From positions 1 through 25,546 of IMG/VR virus record IMGVR_UViG_3300044724_000487: a stretch of 25,546 nt of DNA; one strand, 5' to 3'. The DNA comes from a virus (lineage: Duplodnaviria > Caudoviricetes). This document shows, piece after piece, positions 7,149-16,489 of this stretch (its first letter is position 1; each line of letters starts with the position of its first letter). The notes beneath the pieces were generated by a model, which did not search any database, had not been told where the DNA came from, and saw nothing but the letters and a program-made list of their open reading frames with translations. The translations under genes and the position numbers were made by a program.

Positions 7149-7879
7149 TGGCTAAAAACAAACTATGGACAGATGAAGAGATAGTAATACTACATCAGTA
7201 TGAAAAGACAAATAAGTCTGCTTTTCAATTGTACCAAGAGGTAAGACTAGCTGGATACAATAGAACGTATAAAGCAGTAACAAGAAAGATAGAAGCTTTA
7301 GGGTTTAGAAAACCAAAAAGATACAAAACTGGACACGAAATCAGTATTGGATACTTAGACATAGAATCTACTGGATTTAGTGCTAATATTGATGTAATGC
7401 TTTCTTGGTGTATAAAAGGAAGAGGCGTAAAAAAAGTTGCTGGTGCCTGTATAACAAGAGAAGAACTAATGTCAGAAAAGTCAGATTCTCGTATTGTTGA
7501 GCTTTTAGTAGAAGAAATGAACAAATACGATGTTATTATGACTTATTATGGTACTAGGTTTGATATTCCGTTTATAAGAACAAGAGCGTTATATCATGGA
7601 ACATACTTCCCTATGTATAGACAAAAGTCGCATAAAGACCTATATTATGTTGTAAGGTCAAAATTAAAGCTACATCGTTCTTCATTGATGGCTGCTACAG
7701 AGTTTTTTGGTATTGATGGTAAAACAAGAATCAAACCAGAATACTGGCAAAAAGCAAGATGGGGCGATAAAAAGTCTTTAAAGTATGTATATGACCACAA
7801 TGTCGCAGATGTTGAGATATTAGAGTTATTACATAGAAAACTAGAAGAACATGCACCGCCAATGGTAAGACCACTGTAA
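7148..7879 (+). CDS. DEDD 3'-5' exonuclease (RNase_H_2/YprB-like) with N-terminal Myb/HTH-like domain
   Basis: ExoI LDIESTG, ExoII YYGTRFDIPF, ExoIII HNVADV; N-terminal WTDEEIVIL...RTYKAVTRKIEALG. Confidence 0.85.
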   Translation: MAKNKLWTDEEIVILHQYEKTNKSAFQLYQEVRLAGYNRTYKAVTRKIEALGFRKPKRYKTGHEISIGYLDIESTGFSANIDVMLSWCIKGRGVKKVAGACITREELMSEKSDSRIVELLVEEMNKYDVIMTYYGTRFDIPFIRTRALYHGTYFPMYRQKSHKDLYYVVRSKLKLHRSSLMAATEFFGIDGKTRIKPEYWQKARWGDKKSLKYVYDHNVADVEILELLHRKLEEHAPPMVRPL

Positions 7880-7890
7880 AAGGAGAGAAT

Positions 7891-8124
7891 ATGGCTAATA
7901 AAGAAGAAAAACTAGTTATAATGAACGATGGCAAAGAAATAGAGTTTGTTATGTCTGATTTGTCAGACGAGGCGAAAGCGCAATATGCTAGAGCTAATGA
8001 ACTTGCAGGTCAGCTTATGCAAATAGACCGACAAGCAAATGAAATAAGATTTCTTGCCAATAACTATATTAGATTCGTAATCGACGAACTTGAGAAAGAC
8101 GTTGACGAAAAAGAAGAAAAATAG
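7891..8124 (+). CDS. Small coiled-coil protein (DUF6447-like)
   Basis: DGKE...SDLSDEAKAQ followed by a long helix; AGGAG SD. Confidence 0.6.
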   Translation: MANKEEKLVIMNDGKEIEFVMSDLSDEAKAQYARANELAGQLMQIDRQANEIRFLANNYIRFVIDELEKDVDEKEEK

Positions 8125-8131
8125 TTAAATT

Positions 8132-8887
8132 ATGCTAGAACGAGTTGTTAAAGGTGTGACACACTACCTTTACGAGAGTCAAGAAGAGTTTAGGGAGTAT
8201 CATAAAGATATATCTTTAGTAACTGATTGGAGACATTCGAATAAAGGAGATTGGATTTTAACTGATGATGGTAACATATGTCAGGTTTTGCATTTAGGTA
8301 TTTTAAATAAATCTAAAAAAGAAACCACGTTTATAAGAACTATTGTAGGTTCTTTCGTATGTTCTGACAAAGTTAAGCTAGTAGGTCCAATGAGAACTAA
8401 TATGCACACCTTTTCAACCGATGGAAAATCTCCTTCTGTTAGAAAGAAAGAAAGAAAGCATGCTACTGAAAAAGAATTTTTGTTTAGCAAGTATGTGGCA
8501 AAAGGAGATGATGTTGTAGACGCGTATATGAAAGCTTTTCCTAGCAAGAAAGAAGACTATGCTAAGTCTCAAGCAAAACTATTATTAAAAACAGATAGGG
8601 TGAAAACATTGATTAGAGAAGAAATAGACAAATATTTAAACGAAGCAGAGATAACTCCTCTGTATTTATTAGAAGAAATGCGTCATATAATAGATAAAGG
8701 CGGTACTTCTGATAGAGATAAATTAACAGCAATAACAACATTAATGAAACTTTCTGGTATGATGGACACAGATAAACAAACAGAATCTGTAACATTGTTC
8801 CAAGGTTTTACAAAGGAGCAACTAAATGCAATTCAAGGGAAAGAAATCAAAAAACTGGAAGAAGTTGAAATCACACGCGAGAAGTAA
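8132..8887 (+). CDS. terS: Terminase small subunit with N-terminal extension of about 110 aa
   Basis: C-terminal half follows the Terminase_2 pattern (KEFLFSKY...DAYMKAF...AKSQAKLLL...ITPLYLL...DKLTAITTLMKLSGM); upstream of TerL. Confidence 0.7.
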   Translation: MLERVVKGVTHYLYESQEEFREYHKDISLVTDWRHSNKGDWILTDDGNICQVLHLGILNKSKKETTFIRTIVGSFVCSDKVKLVGPMRTNMHTFSTDGKSPSVRKKERKHATEKEFLFSKYVAKGDDVVDAYMKAFPSKKEDYAKSQAKLLLKTDRVKTLIREEIDKYLNEAEITPLYLLEEMRHIIDKGGTSDRDKLTAITTLMKLSGMMDTDKQTESVTLFQGFTKEQLNAIQGKEIKKLEEVEITREK

Positions 8888-9053
8888 GCGCTGTCATATC
8901 TGCTTATATCATTTAAAAAAAACTGCTGTATATATTTGGGATATTAAAACCAAAGATACTAATAGATTAAAATGTATTAACTGCCTAACGATGTATGATT
9001 CTGATTTTGAAATTACAGACTTGGGAATAGTAAGAGAGTTAGGTTATTCATGA
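8826..9053 (+). CDS. Small Zn-ribbon protein; start uncertain, probably further downstream
   Basis: CHIC...CINC pair; ATGA overlap with the next gene. Confidence 0.6.
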   Translation: MQFKGKKSKNWKKLKSHARSKRCHICLYHLKKTAVYIWDIKTKDTNRLKCINCLTMYDSDFEITDLGIVRELGYS

Positions 9054-9451
9054 GATTAGCAGTATATGGAACTCTTAGAAGAGACTATCCAGACAAAGGA
9101 AAAATAAAAGGATTTAGTTTAGTATTTCCAGGAACACAGTCTTTTCCTGCAGTAATTAAGAATGAAAAAGGAAAAGGAGCTGTTGTAGAACTTATGGATG
9201 TAACACAAGAAGACCTTAATATGTATGATGAATATGAAAATGTTGATGGAGGTCTATATATAAGAACTACCGTAAATGTAGAACTAGACAACGGTGAAAT
9301 CGAAAAAGCTTGGATTTATGTAGCTGGACCAAAGATTTGGGAAAAGTCAAAAACGTTTACTGAAGTGCCAGAAGGAGATTGGCATTCTATGAAAACGTTA
9401 ATTATGTTAGATAGGGTATATGAAAAAAAGTACGAAACCACAACCTTTTAA
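9050..9451 (+). CDS. Gamma-glutamylcyclotransferase (AIG2/GGACT-like)
   Basis: AVYGTLR, then YDEYE...GLYIR...AWIY and EGDW motifs. Confidence 0.88.
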   Translation: MRLAVYGTLRRDYPDKGKIKGFSLVFPGTQSFPAVIKNEKGKGAVVELMDVTQEDLNMYDEYENVDGGLYIRTTVNVELDNGEIEKAWIYVAGPKIWEKSKTFTEVPEGDWHSMKTLIMLDRVYEKKYETTTF

Positions 9452-11003
9452 TATAATACCTCCTGACTTAAGTCAAAAAGAAAAAGCTCTGGAGCTTGCT
9501 AAGAAAGACATAATTACTTTTGGCCAAATGTTTATGCCAGAAGATTTTATGAAATCATCGCCTGCTCCATACCAATATGAATTAAGTGATTTGTTGTTAG
9601 GAGATGAAAAAAGAGCTTGTATAATACTTCCTAGAGGTCACGCTAAATCCACTTTAGCTAAAACTGCTTTACTTTATCAGTTGTATTTTGCTCCTCCTGA
9701 AAAGAAGCAGTTTATTGCCTGGGTATCAGAGGAACAGTCTCAGGCAATAGACCATATTAAATATATACAAAATCATATTGATGTAAATCCTGCATTACAA
9801 TATTATTTTGGAGATTTAAAAGGAAGTAAGTGGACAGAGAAAGAATTTACCACAGCTAGAGGAGATAGAATTATAGCGAAGGGAACAAGTCAAAGATTGC
9901 GTGGTCGTTCTCAATTAGGACTACGATATACAAACATAATTCTAGATGATTTTGAATCAGAATTAAATACTAAAACACCAGATAGAAGGAGAGAAATAAA
10001 AGAATGGGTAATGTCTACGGTAGAGCCCGCATTAGAAAACTCAAAAGAAAACGAAGGGTCAATATGGCTTATTGGTACAATAGTCCATTACGACTCTTTT
10101 CTTCAAGGAGTATATGATGGATGGCTAGATGCTGAAAAAGAAGGAAGAAAGTCTGCTTGGCAAGTATTATATAAGAAAGCTATAGTAGACGATATTCCTT
10201 TATGGCCCAACTATTTCTCAAAAGAAAAACTTAAAGATATAAAAAGAAGGTTTACAGAGATGGGTCTTGTTCACAAGTTTGCTCAAGAGTATCTTAATGA
10301 GGCAAGAGACTTAGAAAATGCTAAGTTTATGATAGATAGAATTAATTACTACAGAGGTCATGTAGAAAACAGAAATGGATTTAACTATATGATGATAGAC
10401 GAATCTGCTATACCAGTAAATGTATACATGGGAGTTGACTTAGCATATGAAGCAAATGCTAAAAGCGATTATCAAGTAATTGTAACTATTGGAATAGATA
10501 GCGATAGAAACATATATCTAATAGATTATTATAGAGAACATTCAGCATTATATGATATGCCTCAACGTATCATAAGTATAGCAAAAAAATATCATCCCGT
10601 AAGAAGAGTTAATGTAGAAAAAGTTGGGGCGCAAGGATTAATTAAAGACCATGTAAATAAGTTAGCTGGTTCTGACAGAAAGTTGGCTCCTGGGTTATCT
10701 CAAGGAGTAAGACCGCCTGGTGGTATAAAAAAAGAAGATAGGTTAGAAACATTATTGTGTCCTATAGTAAACGGACGTAAGTTATTTATGAAGAAAGAAC
10801 ATCAAGATTTGATAGATGAGATGTTTGAGTTTCCAAAAGGAAGAAACGATGACCTTCTTGATGGATTATGGTATGCTGTAACCACAGCAAAGCCTCCTCG
10901 AAGTAATGCTATTGATAGAACTAAATTCGAAGAAAGATTGACGAATAGTGAAAAAAGTGTTACATCTAGAGCAGTAAGTTGGATTACTGGTCAAAAAATA
11001 TAA
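9420..11003 (+). CDS. terL: Terminase large subunit
   Basis: Walker A PRGHAKST, Walker B IILDDFE, coupling motif IGT, nuclease GVDLA and DDLLDGL. Confidence 0.95.
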   Translation: MKKSTKPQPFNIIPPDLSQKEKALELAKKDIITFGQMFMPEDFMKSSPAPYQYELSDLLLGDEKRACIILPRGHAKSTLAKTALLYQLYFAPPEKKQFIAWVSEEQSQAIDHIKYIQNHIDVNPALQYYFGDLKGSKWTEKEFTTARGDRIIAKGTSQRLRGRSQLGLRYTNIILDDFESELNTKTPDRRREIKEWVMSTVEPALENSKENEGSIWLIGTIVHYDSFLQGVYDGWLDAEKEGRKSAWQVLYKKAIVDDIPLWPNYFSKEKLKDIKRRFTEMGLVHKFAQEYLNEARDLENAKFMIDRINYYRGHVENRNGFNYMMIDESAIPVNVYMGVDLAYEANAKSDYQVIVTIGIDSDRNIYLIDYYREHSALYDMPQRIISIAKKYHPVRRVNVEKVGAQGLIKDHVNKLAGSDRKLAPGLSQGVRPPGGIKKEDRLETLLCPIVNGRKLFMKKEHQDLIDEMFEFPKGRNDDLLDGLWYAVTTAKPPRSNAIDRTKFEERLTNSEKSVTSRAVSWITGQKI

Positions 11004-11011
11004 TATTTATC

Positions 11012-11041
11012 TTGACAACAACGTCGTAAAGTTGTTATTTT
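11012..11041 (+). promoter_or_regulatory. Promoter for the head operon with an embedded palindrome
   Basis: TTGACA, 18-bp spacer with extended TG, TATTTT. Inverted repeat AACAAC/GTTGTT (11017-11022/11031-11036) lies in the spacer. Confidence 0.6.
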
Positions 11042-11067
11042 AGACGTAAAATACAAATTGGGAGTAT

Positions 11068-13047
11068 ATGGCAAACTACGACGAAAAGAAAAACAAACCT
11101 CAGATATCTAAAGAATTGTTTAGGCGTTGGAGAGACGCAAGAGAACAATGGGACGCTGAAGCAAGAAATGCAGTAGATTTCACTTTAGGAAATCATTATA
11201 GTAATGAAGAATCAGATGCTTTACAATCAGTAGGGCAAGCTGACTTTGTTATTGATAGAGTTTATGCTGCTGTTGATAAATTAAAATCTTTACTTACAGC
11301 TAGACCCGCTAGATTTTCTGTTATAGCAAGAGAAGACTCAGATAATAAATTAGCAAACGTTTGGAGAACTATACTAGAATATGTATGGGATATCTCTAAC
11401 GGAGACAGCACTTTCAAACAAGTAGTGCATGACTATGCTGTTACTGGACTGGGATATATGTATGTATATGTAGACCCTGATGCCGACTATGGAAGAGGCG
11501 AGGTAAAGTATACGCACGTAGACCCTTTTAGAGTGTATGTAGACCCAGCATCAAGAGATAGATTTTTTAACGATGCATCAGGAATGATATTGTCTACCTT
11601 TTTAACCAAACAGCAAGTATTAGACTTGTATCCACAGTTAGAAGAAATGATTGACGATATAGAAGTGGGTGTAAACTCTCTTTACGGAGAAGATTATCCT
11701 ACATCAAATCTAAAGAACAGTAATAACGTTCTTACTCCAGCTGAGGCAAAGGACTTAGATTACAATGTAAATCAAAAATATCAAATACTTGACAGATTTT
11801 ATAAAGTAAGAGTTCCTTATTATAGACTGTTTAACACTTTAACTGGAGCAGAAAAAATTGTTGACCCTGAAATTTATCTTCAGATATTACAAGAGCCAGA
11901 AACAGAAAAAGCTATTAAATCAGGAGCTATACAAATTGAAGAAATACAACAAACAAGAATTGCACAATGCAGTAGCATTGGAGACACATTATTATACGAG
12001 CGTGTTTTAAATACTGATATATATCCAATTGTTCCTTTTACGAACATTTGGACAAATACTCCCTATCCAAAGTCAGATGTGAACAAGGTTAAGGACTCTC
12101 AGAGACTTTTAAACAAGTTATTCTCTTTGACCTTGTCGCACGCTCAATCTGCTGCTGGATTAAAACTTTTAATTCCAGAGGGTAGTGTTGATAGTGTTAG
12201 TCAGTTAGAAAAAGATTGGGCAAATCCAAATGCGGTTATTGAATATAATCCAGAATTTGGTGAGCCACATTACCCACAACCAGCTCCTTTAACTAGTGAG
12301 TTTTATTATTTAATTGATAGGGTAGAAAAATATATAGATTTAAACTTTGGTATACCTGAGCTTTTACAAGGATTCAAAGATAACGCTCCTGAGTCTGTTA
12401 GAGGTACAATGCTTTTATCAGAAATGGGAGAATCAAGAGGTAAATCAAAGTTAAGAGATATTGAAGCAAGTTTATCAATGGTAGGTCAAGTAGTTTATAA
12501 TTTATGTAAAGACCACTATAGATTTGCAAAAACATTTAGAATTGTACAACCAAATAATGATATTACTGAATTTTCAGTTAATATGAGACTGTATGATGAT
12601 AAACGAAATGAACTGTTAACTATAGAGAATGATATTCAACTAGGTCAGCATGACATTCGAATTATATCAGGTTCAACTTTGCCTAGCAACAAGGTATCTG
12701 AATACAACATGTATCTTGATGCGTATAAACTTGGACTGGTAGATGATGTCGAGGTTTTAAAGAAAACTGAAATCTTTGACAAAGAAGGTGTTCTTCAAAG
12801 AAAAGGACAAATGGCACAAATGCAACAGTATATCACACAGCTTGAAAATCAAGTTAAGAAGCTAAGTGGTGATTTACAAACATCTGAACGTGAGCAGGTT
12901 TCTTCTAGAAAACGCACAGAAGTTGAGAAGTTTAAATCACAATTGAGCGAAATTAAAAGCTCTACGAAAGCTAAAGAAAAAGAAAAGGTGATGCAATTAG
13001 GCATGATGGTAGACCAGATGGGACAATCTTTGGAGGAAGAAGAATAA
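11068..13047 (+). CDS. Portal protein, P22-like, with long C-terminal coiled coil
   Basis: 659 aa directly after TerL; F.LGNHY, YAVTGLGY, VDPFRVYVDP, YPIVPF, KDSQRLLNK; Q/K-rich C-terminal helix. Confidence 0.9.
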   Translation: MANYDEKKNKPQISKELFRRWRDAREQWDAEARNAVDFTLGNHYSNEESDALQSVGQADFVIDRVYAAVDKLKSLLTARPARFSVIAREDSDNKLANVWRTILEYVWDISNGDSTFKQVVHDYAVTGLGYMYVYVDPDADYGRGEVKYTHVDPFRVYVDPASRDRFFNDASGMILSTFLTKQQVLDLYPQLEEMIDDIEVGVNSLYGEDYPTSNLKNSNNVLTPAEAKDLDYNVNQKYQILDRFYKVRVPYYRLFNTLTGAEKIVDPEIYLQILQEPETEKAIKSGAIQIEEIQQTRIAQCSSIGDTLLYERVLNTDIYPIVPFTNIWTNTPYPKSDVNKVKDSQRLLNKLFSLTLSHAQSAAGLKLLIPEGSVDSVSQLEKDWANPNAVIEYNPEFGEPHYPQPAPLTSEFYYLIDRVEKYIDLNFGIPELLQGFKDNAPESVRGTMLLSEMGESRGKSKLRDIEASLSMVGQVVYNLCKDHYRFAKTFRIVQPNNDITEFSVNMRLYDDKRNELLTIENDIQLGQHDIRIISGSTLPSNKVSEYNMYLDAYKLGLVDDVEVLKKTEIFDKEGVLQRKGQMAQMQQYITQLENQVKKLSGDLQTSEREQVSSRKRTEVEKFKSQLSEIKSSTKAKEKEKVMQLGMMVDQMGQSLEEEE

Positions 13048-13051
13048 ACAA

Positions 13052-13082
13052 TCGTGGTTCGGAGTTTTAGACTAAATCACGA
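13052..13082 (+). promoter_or_regulatory. Stem-loop abutting the scaffold SD
   Basis: TCGTGGTT / AATCACGA stem (one G-U) followed directly by AAGGAG. Confidence 0.5.
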
Positions 13083-13096
13083 AAGGAGAAAAAAAT

Positions 13097-13864
13097 ATGG
13101 CAACAGAACAAGAACAACAACAGGTTGAACAGCAAGACCCAATAGTTGAAGGAGCTGGAAATGAGCCTACTATTTCAGTAGAACCTCAACTCGAAGAAGG
13201 TGTGGAAGCATCTGAAGCGGTAGATTGGGAAGGAGAAGCTAAGAAGTTTCAATCCATGTACGATAAAAAGGTTGCAGAGCACGAAAATCTAAAAAAAGAT
13301 AGTAATGATTTACTACAATTAAGACAAGTGTTAACTGAAAAACCTGAATTAGTACAGGTAATTGAAAAAAGCCTTGCTGGAGAATCTATTGAGGAACAAA
13401 GCGCTGAGAGTTCAACTCCAGAAGACTTTGACCCTTGGGATGCCTATTACAAGCCAGACTCTCAATCTTACAAATTTAGAGTAAGTCAAGAGAAAAAGCT
13501 TGTACATGAAACAGTAGATAACGAACTAGCTAAACTACAAAGTCAGATGGCGATGAATAATTTAAAAACAGAATTGGTAAGCAAACACAACTTAGGTTCA
13601 GATGATGCAGAGAAGTTTTTACAATTTGCAACAACACCTAAAGCAAACCTTCCTATTGAAACTCTTATTAAAGTGTGGAAAGAAGGAGAAGGTAAGGCTA
13701 ATAAAGTAAATGAAAACTTAGAAGCTGTGCAAAAAGCAAAGTCAATTCCTAAACCAGCTGGTGTACTTCAAGGTGGTCAACAACCACAAAAAACTGAAGA
13801 AGACCAAGTATGGGATAGAGTTATGAGCGCTGGAAGAATAGGTAGGATAGCTAAAACTAACTAG
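13097..13864 (+). CDS. Capsid scaffolding protein
   Basis: Acidic, helical, low-complexity 255 aa between portal and capsid. Confidence 0.75.
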   Translation: MATEQEQQQVEQQDPIVEGAGNEPTISVEPQLEEGVEASEAVDWEGEAKKFQSMYDKKVAEHENLKKDSNDLLQLRQVLTEKPELVQVIEKSLAGESIEEQSAESSTPEDFDPWDAYYKPDSQSYKFRVSQEKKLVHETVDNELAKLQSQMAMNNLKTELVSKHNLGSDDAEKFLQFATTPKANLPIETLIKVWKEGEGKANKVNENLEAVQKAKSIPKPAGVLQGGQQPQKTEEDQVWDRVMSAGRIGRIAKTN

Positions 13865-13872
13865 GAGTTAAA

Positions 13873-15243
13873 ATGGCTTTTAACAAAGGACAACTAAAGT
13901 CATCACAAATTACAGCAGCTTCAACAAGCGCTGGATACGGACAGGCTCCAGACCAAAGAAAGCTGTATGATTTCTCTGATAGAGTTGCAGAACTTATGCC
14001 AGAGGAGTCACCTTTTTTCGTCTATCTAAGTCAAGTTGCTAAAGTAGCTACTGACGATAATATTTTCAGATATCTTGAAAATAGAACTGTCACAAACTAC
14101 ACAGCACGTAACTTTAGCTTAGCAGCCGACGTAAACGGCGGCAGTGGCGTAACTGCAGGAAATCTTTATGATTTTACTGTAGATGACGGCGCTGGTGCTG
14201 CACCAGGGTTTATTACCAAAGGAATGGTAATAGCTGTAAAAACTGTGGATGACACAAACGGTTATGGACAAGCATTAGTTAGAGTTGAGTCTGCACCAAA
14301 CGTTCAAGCAGCAAACTCTACCTTCTCAGGTAGAATTGTTGAACTATCAAATTCTAGCATTAGTGGCTACAATGTTTTATCAGACAATGATGAAGCACAA
14401 ATTGTAGGTACTTCTTTTGAAGAAGGAACAGGTTCACCTGATACTTTCTCAGATACACTAGAAGATGATTTTGGTTATACTCAAATCTTTAAAACAGCTT
14501 GTGAATTAACAAACACAGCAATAGCTACAAGATACCGTGGCTATTCAAATGAGTTCGAAAGAATTTGGGCTCAAAAACTACGTGAACACAAAGTAGACAT
14601 CGAAAGAGCTATGCTTTTCGGTCAAAAAGCTCGTGTTAACGGAGTACAATACACTGAAGGTCTTGTTGGACACATTGTAAAAAATGTTGCTCCAGTAACT
14701 GACAATTCAGCATTTTCATATTCATCAGGTGCGCCTTATTACAGAAGTGTAACTCAGGCTGAATTAACTTATGATAGATTACTTGCTGACTTAGAGGTTA
14801 TTTTTGACCCAGCAAGAGGCGGTTCAAGTGAAAGACTTGTATTAGCTTCATTGCCAGTAATTACATTCTTCAACAAAATGGGCGACGGTGCTTTCATTGA
14901 TGCTTCTGTAGGTCAATCATCATCTCCATTCAGAGTAAATATGAACAATGTACAAGGTTCCTTTGGACACAATCTAATGGAAATCAACACTGTACACGGT
15001 TCTATGTACTTAGTGAAAGAACCTCTATTTAGAGGAATTGCTAGCGGCTTCATGCTTATGGCTGATATGTCTAAATTGGCATACAGACCATTAGTTGGAA
15101 ACGGTATTAATCGTGACACTCAAATTATGACAAACGTACAAAATGCGGATGAAGATTTGAGAAAAGACATGATTCTTACTGAAGCTGGTCTAGAAGTTAC
15201 ACTTCCAGAATGTCACGCTCTATATAACGTGGAGGGATTATAA
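13873..15243 (+). CDS. Major capsid protein (HK97 fold, SU10/DUF5309-like)
   Basis: 456 aa after the scaffold; PEESPF, YTQIFKT, HKVDIERAMLFG, TEAGLEV motifs; AGGAG SD. Confidence 0.88.
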   Translation: MAFNKGQLKSSQITAASTSAGYGQAPDQRKLYDFSDRVAELMPEESPFFVYLSQVAKVATDDNIFRYLENRTVTNYTARNFSLAADVNGGSGVTAGNLYDFTVDDGAGAAPGFITKGMVIAVKTVDDTNGYGQALVRVESAPNVQAANSTFSGRIVELSNSSISGYNVLSDNDEAQIVGTSFEEGTGSPDTFSDTLEDDFGYTQIFKTACELTNTAIATRYRGYSNEFERIWAQKLREHKVDIERAMLFGQKARVNGVQYTEGLVGHIVKNVAPVTDNSAFSYSSGAPYYRSVTQAELTYDRLLADLEVIFDPARGGSSERLVLASLPVITFFNKMGDGAFIDASVGQSSSPFRVNMNNVQGSFGHNLMEINTVHGSMYLVKEPLFRGIASGFMLMADMSKLAYRPLVGNGINRDTQIMTNVQNADEDLRKDMILTEAGLEVTLPECHALYNVEGL

Positions 15244-15244
15244 A

Positions 15245-15685
15245 ATGGCAAGAGGTAGTATACTAGAAAAAAATAGTGGTAACGGTGGATATTTATTACC
15301 AGTAGAAAAGATTTCTGCAGCTAAGACTTTAGATGCAGTTTCTGATAGCGGCAAGATTTTTGTTGTTGCTAATGCTGGTAGCGGATATTCCATTACACTT
15401 CCTACAACTTTAGAAGTTGGTACTCAGTACAAACTTATCTTCGAAGACTCACCAAATGCAGCAGTCACTATCGCAGCTGGCTCAGCAATTATTTTTGGTA
15501 AAGTTGTCGAAGGAGAAGTTGACACATCAGACGATGCACCAGGTTCAGCTGGCGCGACAGGAGTTTCAAATGTAATTTTTGGAACTACAACTGATGAAGG
15601 TGACCATCTTGACATCGTATGCGATGGTACAAAATGGTACGTCAACGGTATGACAGCTGTAGATGGAGCGGTAACCACATCATAA
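15245..15685 (+). CDS. Probable capsid decoration or minor head protein
   Basis: Gly/Ala/Thr-rich beta-type protein (DSGKIFVV...ITLP...CDGTKWYV) directly after the capsid gene. Confidence 0.55.
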   Translation: MARGSILEKNSGNGGYLLPVEKISAAKTLDAVSDSGKIFVVANAGSGYSITLPTTLEVGTQYKLIFEDSPNAAVTIAAGSAIIFGKVVEGEVDTSDDAPGSAGATGVSNVIFGTTTDEGDHLDIVCDGTKWYVNGMTAVDGAVTTS

Positions 15686-15694
15686 TATAGTTAT

Positions 15695-15733
15695 TAGGTA
15701 CTATGGAGTGGGCAGGTCCCACTCCGAAACCTA
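15695..15733 (+). other. GC-rich stem-loop without U-tail
   Basis: TAGGT-ACTAT-GGAGTGGG-CAGGT-CCCACTCC-GAA-ACCTA. Confidence 0.6.
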
Positions 15734-15761
15734 TAAAGAATTTTAAATAATAGGAGATAAA

Positions 15762-15959
15762 ATGGCAAATTATAACGTAGTAACTAAAATTATTATTGGG
15801 AATTTAAGCCCTGATGCAGATTCTGTGTCTGGTTCTTTAGCTAAAGAAATTACAGACTATATTGAAACACTAGATGATTCTACTGGAGCAATTATAGATA
15901 TACAAGCTGTAGAGCTTGACAGAGGTAGAATTGCATATATTATAGTTCACAAAGGATAA
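15762..15959 (+). CDS. Hypothetical protein
   Basis: 65 aa; AGGAG SD; TAATG overlap with the next gene. Confidence 0.75.
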   Translation: MANYNVVTKIIIGNLSPDADSVSGSLAKEITDYIETLDDSTGAIIDIQAVELDRGRIAYIIVHKG

Positions 15960-16213
15960 TGGCTAACTGTCAACATTGTAGTGAGCCTAATCCAGAAGGA
16001 TACTTTAATTGTCCTTCATGTGGGCTCAGAGCAGCTCCTAGTAAATGGAATACTAATTTTGTTATCAGAGAGGGAAACCCTATGGCAACAGCAATTAGAA
16101 AAGACTTGATTGATATAAACCATATGTCTATGGACGATGGTATTAAAAAAATGCAAGAAAGTAAAAAGAATGCAAAACCCACACCAAGTGGGAAGGGAAT
16201 AAGGGTAATGTAA
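15959..16213 (+). CDS. Zn-ribbon protein
   Basis: CQHC...CPSCG at the N-terminus. Confidence 0.75.
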   Translation: MANCQHCSEPNPEGYFNCPSCGLRAAPSKWNTNFVIREGNPMATAIRKDLIDINHMSMDDGIKKMQESKKNAKPTPSGKGIRVM

Positions 16214-16329
16214 TGCCAATGGTAGGAAAGAAAAAGTTTTCATATACAAAAGCTGGGAAGAAAAAAGCAAAAGCTTATGCTAAAAAAACTGGAAAGAAGA
16301 TGAAAAATGCCAAGAAAAAAGTCTACTAA
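16213..16329 (+). CDS. 38-aa Lys-rich peptide; not in ORF track
   Basis: MPMVGKKKFSYTKAGKKKAKAYAKKTGKKMKNAKKKVY; starts in a TAATG overlap. Confidence 0.7.
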   Translation: MPMVGKKKFSYTKAGKKKAKAYAKKTGKKMKNAKKKVY

Positions 16330-16489
16330 AAAAAAGACTACTAGAAAAAAAGGTAGCCCAACGCCAAAGAACAAATCTCTATATTCAAGAGTGAAGTCTG
16401 AAGCGAAAAGAAAGTTTAGTGTATATCCTTCTGCGTATGCAAATGCGTGGTTAGTAAAAACATACAAAAAACGTGGTGGTACATATTAA
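16307..16489 (+). CDS. Small basic protein with YPSAYA motif
   Basis: 60 aa, K/R-rich, ending YPSAYANAWLVKTYKKRGGTY. Confidence 0.75.
   Translation: MPRKKSTKKKTTRKKGSPTPKNKSLYSRVKSEAKRKFSVYPSAYANAWLVKTYKKRGGTY

Noticed and set aside
7148-7879. DNA polymerase
   Set aside because: Only the exonuclease domain is present, with no polymerase motifs here or in the adjacent ORFs.
15695-15733. Hammerhead ribozyme (GAAAC after a stem) or intrinsic terminator
   Set aside because: No CUGANGA core and no downstream U-tract.
16447-16488. Longer start for the basic protein at 16447
   Set aside because: It would overlap the previous gene by 43 bp; the ATG at 16489 fits the TAATG coupling pattern.
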